A stretch of 64,000 nucleotides of DNA from Takakia lepidozioides (Eukaryota; Plantae; Bryophyta): contig CM060731.1 in assembly GCA_030704615.1 (NCBI GenBank), positions 47,182,001-47,246,000 of the forward strand, in the 5' to 3' direction. The translations under genes and the position numbers were made by a program. The notes below the pieces were generated by a model. The model was not told the DNA's origin, did no database searches, and worked only from the letters and a program-made list of their open reading frames with translations. Below are positions 26,964 to 37,080 of the stretch, one piece after another; position 1 is the first letter of the stretch; each line of letters starts with the position of its first letter.

Positions 26964-29900
26964 ATGGAGGCAACGGTAGCAGCGCGGGGGGTTGAGAAGG
27001 AGCCGAGTGAACTCGTCTCCTTCCAGAACCATCTTAATTTTGTGTACACGCCATGCTACTGGTATAGTGCCCCTGAAATTCTCTCTGTGTCTCTCTGACT
27101 CTCTCTTCCTCCAATTTTGATGCCTGTCGCACTCCAGTAGGCTGCTGAATCTCCAATGAGGGCTGCACTCTGGCTTGAATCACTTGGGTAGAAATTTGGA
27201 GTACCAGATGCACAAATTGCAGGATGCGCTGTCACCGGTGAGATAAGAATAAATATAAACTAATCACTTGCAACAAGGTAGCAGGAGTAGCCCACCTGGA
27301 GTTAGAGTTGATGGAAGTACAAATTTCTCTTACAGGGTCTAGAATCGGTGTCAACATCCACATTACGACTTCATTTGTTAATTGTGCAAGAAACCCTCAC
27401 GATGGATACAATAGATATGTTCAGCTCAATCTGGTGCTGGAGGGGCGCTTCAAATTTTTGGGCCGACTGATTTGCCCCCATTGGTACTGTGACCAGAAAT
27501 GTGGTCCTAGTTATGCCAGGTCAACAGTTGGGCGAGGGGGATTCAGCCCTTCCATTGAATGATTTGATCTGACAAGAAGTGTAGGATAAGTTTTCGCTGG
27601 GCGTGTATGTGATTTCAGTGAGGAGAACGTGTACATGCTGTGCAAGACACTCAGGGAAGTGGGGCTGGCTGCAGCCGATGCTTCTGACCTCTTTATTGTC
27701 ATCATCTCCAATTGCAACCGCAAAGTAAAGTTTCTCTCATTTCACTTCAGAATGGACATTCTTAGGAGCCTCATGATTTAGCAACATTTAATTCATACTC
27801 CGTACTTTGTGTTACAGGCGCCCCTATGGCGGCAGAAGAGCAGCTCCCGAGCGGAGGGGCTTTGTGTTTGGGACTACCATGTCATTTGCATCCAGGTGAT
27901 CCTGTGTTGCCCAACCATGCAAACTGGCTATATGAGACCAGTTCCATACTGAATCTCGATCGAACCAGGAGATGAGTTATGTGGTCAATGGTTGTAAGCC
28001 TTGAGCTTGTGTGTGATAGTACAGTGCCTCCTGTGAGTACATTAAGTATATTACTACTTCAGATAGAGTTTTTGTGTGTCAATCAACTCTTAAGGGAAGT
28101 CTAGACTGGTAGAATGTAGGGTTCGAAATCTGTAGTTTTATATAAACAAAAATTTGCTTATCGGGATGCCACGGATCTTTGGCAATTAGTATTCGAAAGA
28201 GACAGCAAGCAAGGAACAAGTGAGTGCACCTAGACATATCATCGCGGAGACAGACCTTGTGCAATGGAAGACACTGAAGCAAGGTTAATGTTACTTATAG
28301 AGTGCCCCTTGCCGTAATATACGGAGAGGGGAAGAAAGCACTCGCTTCACTACATCATCTTCTTCAAATCAACTCTAGGTTAATGGCGGCTCAGCCTTGA
28401 TTTGTTGTGCCTGGGTTGCAGAAGGACTTAACAAGGAAGGAGACCGCACAAGTTTGGGATCTCGACACCACTCTTCCATTCCCTGTGCCTTTGGCCCAGT
28501 ATGTGGCTGAAGCACTTCAACCATGGGTTATTTTAGACTCTACGTTTACCAGGTCTCTCCCTCTCTCTCTCTCTCTCTCTCTCCCTCCCTCTCATAATGG
28601 ACAAAATTTTGTTCCCCCAGTGTGTTGCCAATGTGTTGATCGACAGAACTGATATTGGTACCTCTGACCACTTCCTGGTTTGGACTGAGATCAAAAGGTG
28701 TTTTCCCACCACCAAGAGATCTGTGAAACGTTCAATTCCGAAGTGGCGCATAGAAAAATTCCACAATGAGGAGGTCAAGGCTGAGTACGTCCAGGCCTTG
28801 CAAGAGGTTCTCCCTCATTTTGTCCAATCGCTCCAAGAACTTCAGTCACGCTCTGTTAACGCAAGAAATGAAGTCGAAAGAGCAGTGGACTCTTGGGAGA
28901 GTTTCGTTTCCTCCGTGGCTGACAAGATCATTGGGAGGAAACTAATTGTCTGCGGTAGAGCAGTTAATTGGTGGACTAATGAGATTAAACTCAAGATAGC
29001 TGAGAGACGAGCCCTCTATAAAGAGTGCTGCAATTTGGAAACCAACAGAGAATTGTGGGCGAGGTACTACCAGCTCCATAAAGATATCAATCAGCTTGTT
29101 AGGTCTCAGAAGAAATTATACTGGGACAAGTTATACAGTGAAATAAACTCAAACCACCATGGTGGTAATGACAAGAAATTCTGGTTGGCCCTTCAACGTT
29201 TGTACAAGCCGAAAAACGGTCAGCAAGTACAAGCGCTGAAGACTACTAAAGGTGCAGTGGTGACTTCATCGGTTGACATTGTCAAAACCTTTGAAACTCA
29301 CTACAGTATCCTTGGCAGAACTTCTAGGTCTAACAGTGAGGGGTCTTCTGCTGAATGGAGGGACACAGTTGGAAAAACTGTTCCTATGATTCAAAACAGC
29401 CCTGATGAACTGGAGTATATTTCAATGGCTTATAATGCTCCCATTAGTTCTTCTGAGATTGTGGAAGCAATTGAACATTTAAATGGATATAAAGCTGGTG
29501 GACCTGATGGTATTGTCAACGAGCTTATCAAGCACGGTGGCGATCCCATGATAGAGGCCCTAGTTCTCCTCTTTAACCTTATCTGGAAGACTGAAATGAT
29601 CCCCTTTCGCTGGCGACAGGGGGTCATTGTCAATCTATACAAGAAGGGTGACAGGAAGAACCGGGGAACTACCGTGGCATCACGCTCCTCAATGCTGTTG
29701 GCAAGACATTCTGCAGAGTTATAAGTACTCGTCTCGAGGTTGATCTGGAGTCTAGAGGTTGTTTCCACGAAGGCCAAGCTGGCTTTCGGCAAAACAGGGG
29801 CTGTGTGGATCATATCTTCACTCTAAGCCAGATTATCCAGGGAAGGAAAAAAGAAGGGAAACCCACTTATGTCTTTTTCCTGGATGTCAAAAAGGCTTAT

Positions 29901-32900
29901 GACACAGTGTGGAGAGATGGCCTATGGTTCCGCCTCTCGTCTTGTGGGATCAAGGGAAAGATGTGGAGAGTTGTCCACAACTTGTATGCTCACACCAAAA
30001 GCTGTGTCACTGTTAACGGACAGAAGTCCAACTTCTTTGACATAGACCAAGGTGTAGCTCAAGGATGTACTCTCTCCCCTCTGCTCTTCAATGTTTTCAT
30101 CAATCAACTCCTCGAGGATGTGGAAAGTGAGGGATTTGGGTTAAGGGTGGGTGATACCACCATACCAGCCCTTATGTTTGCGGATGACTTCGCAGGCATA
30201 GGGGAGACTCCAACCAATCTCCAGGAGTTGATTGATTGCGCGAAGAGATACTTTGATCTTTGGGGGCTAGAGGCTAATGTCAGCAAATGTGCAGTGGTAG
30301 CATTCAACAACAGAGGAGAGGGAGGAAGTGGTCTTAAGTGGCAGTGGGGTAGCCAAGAGATCCCAGTCCTCCCTTCCTACACTTACCTGGGCGTTGAGTT
30401 CTCCTCCAATTGTAATTGGGATGCACATATCCGGAAAGTTGTTCAAACTGGCAAGGGCAAAGCTCTGGGGCTCACTAAATTTTTCCACTGCAGAGGGGTC
30501 AACTCGAGGTTAAGAAAACCATGCTTTGTCGCGTTATTAGACCTGCCTTGGAGTACGGATCTGCTATATGGGTTGATAACTCCAACCAGGCTAAGTCTCT
30601 AGAATCCATTCAAGTGGGGGTGCTTAAGGAGTGTATGTCAGCATGCTCCAAAACAGCCAATGTGGCTGTTCGGGGTGAGTTTGGCATTCCGTCCTTAAGC
30701 TCCCGACGAGATGAATTCAAGGTCAGATGGTGGGGTCAGCTGCAACATATGCCGAACACCAGATATCCTAAGTTAATCGACTCTATATCTTGGAAACAGG
30801 ACCGCCCTGTCAAACAGGCTAAGTCCTGGCAGAAGAGAGTAGAAGAGATCCTCAAGGACCTGGACCTGGATCCGCAAGTCTTGACCCTGCTGGATAAATC
30901 TGACTTAGAGGCTGTAGTGTCCTCAGCCATGTCTGTTGCCATGAGATTGTCTGATGAAAATGAAGTTAGGCAGAAAACTTCCCTGAACTTGTTTCCAGTC
31001 TGTGACATGGGGGAGGACATCTTGGATGACCTCAAGGGTCTACCCACTCTCGGCACTAGACTGAAATTTAAACTCAGGGCAGGAAGCCTACCTTTGAACA
31101 GCAAACAGAAGCAGAGAGGAAAGGGAGAGTGCAATTGCCCGTTGTGTGGGCAATCTGAAGACAGTATTCATTTTCTGATACACTGTCCGGGGTTCTCTCA
31201 CCAAAGAGACGCTCTCTTCAAATCTATTAAGGGTATTGTGCCTGTACCCCTGTTTACCAACTTTGAAAGTCTCGAGGCTGAGCCAAAAGCCCAGGCCCTC
31301 CTGAGGCCTAGTTTTTGGGCAAATCACACACAGCAGATTGATGCTTGTGTGATGGGATTTCTAGAGGATATCTGGAAAACCCGGATTAATTCTATATATG
31401 GAGGTAAGTCTTACTACCAACGTCAGCCCCTGACAGAGGTAGGTTCTGTCCCTTTTGTTCCCGCTCAAACTGGGCGCGGGGTCAATGGCCACAAGGCTAC
31501 GGCAAACAACGTCGTATGAGTACAATCTCTCCCTCCCTGCCCTACCCACTCTCGGCACTGGATTGAAATTTAAACTCGAGGCGGGAAGCCTACATTTGAA
31601 GCAAACAGATGCAGAGAGGAAAGGGTAATTGCAAATGCCCGTTGTGTGTGCAACCTGAAGACATATCTGTTGGAAAACCACTGGCGTGTGGTCGGGCTAG
31701 GGATTGAACCTAGGACCTCCCCCATTCCGGTGGGGTGCTCTACCACTGAGCTACCCGTCCCGTTTTGTTCTCAAAGTGCCGTGCAAGGGCTATAACCTTG
31801 ACACTCCAACACTCCCCCTCAAGGCATAGCCCTTATAGCTAATGCCCACCCATTCTGACCACCGCCCCAACCTTGGCTCTGATACCATGTTGGAAAACCA
31901 CTGGCGTGTGGTTGGGCTAGGGATTGAACCTAGGACCTCCCCCATTCCGGTGGGGTGCTCTACCACTGAGCTACCCGTCCCGTTCTGTTCTCAAAGTGCC
32001 GTGCAAGGGCTATAACCTTGACACTCCAACAATATCCACTTTCTGATTCATTGTCTTGGGTACTCTCACCAGAGAGACACCCTCTCCAAATCCATCAAGG
32101 GAATTGTTCCTGTAGCTCTGTTTACCATCTTTGAAAATCTTGATGCGGAGCCAAAAGCCCAGGCCCTTTTGGGGTCTAGTTATTGGGCAAATCACACACA
32201 GCAGATTGATGTTTGTGTGAAGGGATTTCTAGAGGATATCTGGAAAACTCGGATCAATTGTCTGTTTCAAGGTATGTCACACCACTGGCGTCAGCCCCTG
32301 ACAAAGGTAGTTTTTGTCCCTTTGTTCCGCTAAAACTGGGTGCAGGGTCGATGGCCACAAGGCTATGGCAAACCACGTCTTATGAGTACATTCTCTCTTT
32401 CTGCCCTAAGGCTTGCACGCAGCCTGGAGTGATGGGCAGAAGCCTCCTGTGCCCTGCGCATCTCCAAGCATGTCATTCCTGTGGTAAACACTGGGCTCTA
32501 AAACTGAAATCAATAACTCTGCAACTGGGCTCGAGTTTGCATGCGGACCAGTGCCTCTGTTTACTGGCAGTTGCGGGAAAATAAGTTTACACCTGCAGCT
32601 GAGCTGCGGGGATAAGCTAAACCCTGGTGAGTGTGAACCCCACAAAAGCCTCCGGGAGGGTTAGTTTCCCACGGGGTCAATGGCCGTAACGCTATCGCAA
32701 GCCAACATTCGCAGGGAACTGCATTAGTAGATTCTTTCCCTGCCCTCTAGGTAGCCTACTAAATGGGTGAATTTGACAATGGGAGTAGATAAACGTCTCT
32801 GTGACCAAATGCCGGCCTTGTGACCCCTCGCCTATGTTTGTTTGACCTGAAGCAGTTTGCTTCAAGGTAGTGCATTGGATTTAGTTGGAGAGAAGGGGTC

Positions 32901-35900
32901 TCTCCTTCTTTAGCATATGCCTACATGGGCCATTCCCTGCAGCTCCTCTGGAGTAATGATCTCTGCATGGTAACTAGTGGATCCCTTCGGCTTGGGGGCA
33001 GCCCCTCTGCTCAAAGTGGGCAGTTGCATGCTTGACATTTGGTAGGAATGCCTTTGTGTTTAAATCTCGTCTGCTATAAATAACATCTCATTTTACAATT
33101 AATGCTCGTATTCCCCAGGGTAATTCCTGGGAGCTGGTTACTTTGCCAAAACTAGAGCTTCTTGTATAGTTTTGGGGTGAATCCCAGGATGGACATCTCA
33201 AGCTTAGGCTTGATTATCTGGCTGATGGGATCAAATTGAGACTTGGTAGCAGAGGTGCATTGAAGGTGACGATGTCTAAGAATGCTACATTCACAGCTAC
33301 AGTCTCACAGCAAATTGAACTCAGAGAAGTTCGCCCCTTGACCTGACATTGGTTATTCAATGAGAGGCTCAGGGAAGACAGTCAAGGATGGGGGCTTTAA
33401 ATGACACTTTCCAAGCCCTGGAAGAGGTTGACCCAGAATGGACTACTAGGGATGGCAAACCTAGTGGGTAAGCCAAGCCCAAAGGCCTATGCAAGAAGAC
33501 CCTGTCAGTCAGACCTGCCTGTAACAGTGAGGAGTTTTCTAAAGAATGGAAGGGTACAGTGGAAATAACTGTCTACAATCCAAGACAACCCAAAGGGATA
33601 CAACGTGCCCATTAGTTCTTCTGAGATTGCTGAAGCAATAGAACATCTAAAGGGCTATAAAGCTGGTGTGTCTGATACGATTGTCAAGCCTGGTGCGATC
33701 ATATGGTAGATGCCCTTGCACTCCTCTTTAACCTTATTTGGAAGACTGAAATGATACCCTTTCGCTGGAGAGAGGGTGTCAGTGTCAATCTGAGGTGACA
33801 GAGGACAGCCTGGGAAGTACCGTAGCATTACACTTCTTACCACAGTTTGCAAGTGTTCTGTAGGATAATAAGCACCCATCTTGAGGTTGATTTGGAGTCT
33901 GGAAGTGTTTTCCATGAAGGTGCGGCAGGCTTCCTGGGGGCTGTGTCAACCATGTCCCTGAGCTGGACTATTCAAGGAAGGAAAAAAGAAGGAAACCTAT
34001 AAGGAAACCTCTGTCCTAGAAGGAAACCTTCCTTCTACAAAGGTTTCCTTCCTTGACATCTTATGGTGCACGCGCTGACATGCTCTCTTTGAGCACCAAA
34101 AGCTGAATGGATTCTAAAGTTTTAGCATGATTGGAGTTGGCCAACCCACACGGCAGATGTGTACTCCAAGGCCTGATAACATTGCAAAGCATGGTCCTTT
34201 TAATTTACAGTGGGAAAATTAAGGGAGACCCAACATTTTGCGTTTAGCTGTTTGATCCACTTTTCGTATATGCGCATCACAGTTACAAGTTGGGAGGGAG
34301 ACTAGGGATCTCTTCACTGCCCCTTGTCCACTTGAGATCCTCACGATCATTGAAGGCCTGTTCTAACGTTGGCTTCTCGCCTCAACAGGTCAAAGTACCT
34401 TTTCACACAACCAAGCAACTCCTGAAGATTGGATGGGGTATGCCATATGCCCGCAAAGTCATCCGCACATAAGTGCTGGTATGGTGGCATCACCCACCTG
34501 TAACCCAAATCTCTCGCTTTCCACATTTTTAAGGGGCTGATAAACGAAAACATTGAAGAGCAGTGGGGAGAGGGTACAACCTTGAGCTACACCTTGGTCA
34601 ATGTCAAAGAAATTAGACTTCTCGCTATTGACCACAACACAAGCTTTGGTGTTCGCATACAGGTTGTGAACCATCCTCCACATCTTTCCCCTGGCCCCAG
34701 AAGCTTTAGAACAGCTGACGTGGCTGCTCAGGGCGAGTTTGGAGTACCACCCTTGAGCTCTCAACATGATGAGTTCAAGGTCAGATGGTACAGTCAGTTG
34801 AATCGCATGCCTCATACCAGCGACCCTATGATCAATATGTGAATATTAGGAAGGAAGAACTCACCCTGCTAGATGAATCTGACGTGGAGGCTGAAGTGTC
34901 TAAGGCCATGTCAAAAGCATGAAGAATGTCCGAACAAAACGAAGTTAGGCATAAAACTTCCCTGAACTCGTTTCCAGTTTGTGACATGGGTGAGGACTTT
35001 GAGGAAGATCTGAAGGGCGGACCTACCCTTGGCACTAGACTGAAAATTTAACCTCAGGATGGGGAACAATAAACAGATGCAGAGAGGAAAGGGAGATTGT
35101 CAACGCTCACTGGTGTGGGTGGCCTGAAGACAATATCCATTTTCTGATACAAGTCCGGGGTATTCTCATCAGAGACCGACCCTCTTCAGGACCATCAAGA
35201 ACATAGTCCCTGCACCTCTGTTCACCAACTTTCAATATCTCAAGGCTGAGTCTAAAGCGGTGGCCCTGTTGGGGTCTCATTGCTTGGTAGCCCACATACA
35301 GCAGATTGATGCTTGTGTGAAGGGCTTATACCACGGTAAGTCCCACTACTGGAGTGAGCCCCTCATGTCTATTCCCTCTTGTTCTGCTGGGCACGGGCAG
35401 GGTCTGTGGCCACAAGGCTATGATAAGCAACTTCTCAGGAGTGCATTCTATCTCTCTCTCTCTCTCTCTCTCCTTTTGTTCCCGCTCAAACTGGGCGCGG
35501 GGTCGATGGCCACAAGGCTACGGCAAACAACGTCTTAAGAGTACAATCTCTCTCTCTCTGATGAAAATGAAGTTAGGCAGAAAACTTTCCTGAACTTGTT
35601 TCCAGTCTGTGACATGGGGGAGGACATCATGGATGACCTCAAGGGTCTACCCACTCTCGGCACTAGAGGGCAGGAAGCCTACCTTTGAACAGCAAACAGA
35701 AGCAGAGAGGGATGGGAGAGTGCAATTGCCCGTTGTTGTTAGGCAGACACAATTCCCTCTCTCTCTCTCTCTCTCCAAGGTTTCTTGTTGTTCTCTTTTC
35801 TACATGCGCCCTCTGGGCCCCTGTGGATGTTTTAAAGTTTCTTTCTTTCTGTCTATCTTCCTGTCTTCAGTCCTGTTGACATAATTATTCTTTTGGTATT

Positions 35901-37080
35901 CTTCACCCTCCTCTGCTATTATAGATTCTGGTAACCAGTATTGAGTGAATTCCACCCACTGTTCACAGAGGGAACGGTCACTGAGTACATGTGTCTGGTT
36001 TCAGAAACCACTGACTGGCTACTCATTGTGCAGACTGTATAGAGTGGTGTCTGCGCCTATGTATCTGCGTTTCTTTGCCTCAGATCGGAGACACATGAAG
36101 GGAACAAATGGACATTGGCAAGCCCCTCCTCCACACTATGACTGTATTGCTGCGGAAGGTTTACCATTTTCCCAGAGCAAGTGTCTGTGATAGTGATGGA
36201 AGAGAGAAAGCAAAAGAGAGGGGGCAGAAAGGAAGATAAAGAGTAAGAGTACATATAACTGTACATTGACTCTTATATACGTGAGATCGAGTGGGGAGCT
36301 TGTGCAAGCCCAGGGACTTCACTTACCCCTTTATCTCTTCCTCCTCCTCTTCTCTGTCTTGTCTCTTCTTTTTCTTCTTCATTCTTATCCCCTCTCTTTG
36401 TTTAAGTGATAGCCAACAACATGACAGTTGTCCCGTACTTTCGGGAGCTGACAAAGTGGCTTGTCACTACCGTTCATGTTGTTCTTCTTCTTGGTCCATG
36501 GATTGGTGAGAGACAGTCACCAAGTCTAAACCACTATTCTCAGTTTATGGGTTCAAGATGAATCCTTGTTCATTGTTTTGTTTCTATCCATGTCTAATTT
36601 GTCCTTGCCTCTTTCTTTTTTCTTTTTCCTTGTCTCTGCTTTTCTTTTCTTTTCTTTTCTTTGCTGTTTGTTTCTGGTTTTCTCTTCCGAAAGTCCCTCC
36701 AGCCGTGGATCAGATTTTATCAATACTTCTTTTGGCTTGAAATTTTGATACCTATAAGGATATTGGCTCTTATATTATGGGTACTTGGAGTCTTTTACTG
36801 TTAGATGTAAGCACTAATTGATATCTCTCTGCAAATTCTTCAATGTTCAATTGAGATAAGCTGGTCTTAACAAGTAAACACTTAGAAAGCTATAACTTCT
36901 TTGCTTGGTGGGATCCATGTAGATGGAGTGAATCATAATCTGGAGGCATTCATAACAATGTCAGACGAGCAAGTATCGCTAAATCTGGAGGAGACAATAG
37001 AGCCATTGCTGCAACAAAAATTCGGTGTTGTCTTGAGTGAAGATGGTCTCCAGCAACTTTTCACAGAGAGTTGGGTCTGA
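26964..37080 (+). CDS. NTAQ1: Protein N-terminal glutamine amidohydrolase (N-degron pathway), 231 aa, 6 exons
   Basis: Exons 26964-27061, 27619-27724, 27818-27895, 28422-28552, 36034-36158, 36923-37080 (696 nt, all GT-AG, phases consistent). Motifs: YTPCYCEENVY, VWDYHVICIQ, VWDLDTTLPFP, FASDRRHMK, DGVNHNL; the Cys/His/Asp catalytic residues are present. Intron 4 is 7481 bp. Confidence 0.93.
28591..31525 (+). mobile_element. 5'-truncated non-LTR retrotransposon (LINE), copy A: APE C-terminus, RT and CCHC knuckle; clade uncertain (RTEX-like?)
   Basis: APE motif SDHFLVW; RT motifs KAGGPDGI, QAGFR, FLDVKKAYDTV, GVAQGCTLSPLLF, MFADD, YTYLGV; CPLC-x7-HFLIHC. Two 1-nt frameshifts (~29655, ~30515). 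13-bp TSD tctctccctccct at 28578-28590 and 31526-31538. Confidence 0.93.
31668..32031 (-). mobile_element. TRIM (364 bp) with tRNA-derived Pol III cassettes in both LTRs (Helenus-like)
   Basis: 144-bp LTRs at 31668-31811 and 31888-32031 (TGTTGGA...TCCAACA, 2 mismatches). 76-bp internal part with PBS TGGTATCAGAGCC (tRNA-iMet) and PPT TGAGGGGGAG on the minus strand. 5-bp TSD atatc at 31663-31667 and 32032-32036. Confidence 0.95.
31689..31760 (-). promoter_or_regulatory. tRNA-like cloverleaf with Pol III A and B boxes in the TRIM 3' LTR (second copy at 31909-31980)
   Basis: GGACGGG TA GCTC AGTGGTA GAGC A CCCCA CCGGAAT GGGGG AGGTC CTAGG TTCAATC CCTAG CCCGACC A; A box TAGCTCAGTGG, B box GGTTCAATCCC. 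Confidence 0.88.
33515..35447 (+). mobile_element. LINE copy C: old degenerate copy with an internal inversion (~34070-34690)
   Basis: 33515-33995 matches copy A ~29330-29865 (+); 34070-34690 matches ~29955-30650 (-); 34705-35447 matches ~30650-end (+). Followed by (CT)n. Confidence 0.85.
35472..35735 (+). mobile_element. LINE copies D (75-bp extreme 3' end, 35472-35546) and E (35559-35735), separated and flanked by (TC)n
   Basis: D is almost identical to 31451-31525. E is almost identical to 30953-31145 with an internal deletion. Confidence 0.85.

Larger units (their letters stand above)
31539..32390 (+). mobile_element. LINE copy B: older 3'-terminal fragment of the same family, interrupted by the TRIM
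   Basis: Colinear with copy A 31040-31525; ends ggtcgatggccacaaggctatggcaaac...gagtaca followed by ttctctctttct. Confidence 0.88.

Noticed and set aside
31689-31980. Two functional tRNA genes (apparent anticodon GGA)
   Set aside because: Acceptor-stem mismatches, C at position 33, a 31-39 mismatch and a short variable arm incompatible with Ser; both sit inside LTRs with PBS, PPT and TSD.
32615-32670. Hammerhead ribozyme (ctggtgagtg...cacaaaa)
   Set aside because: Core deviates from CUGAUGA/GAAA at essential positions, and stems I and III with an NUH site could not be formed.
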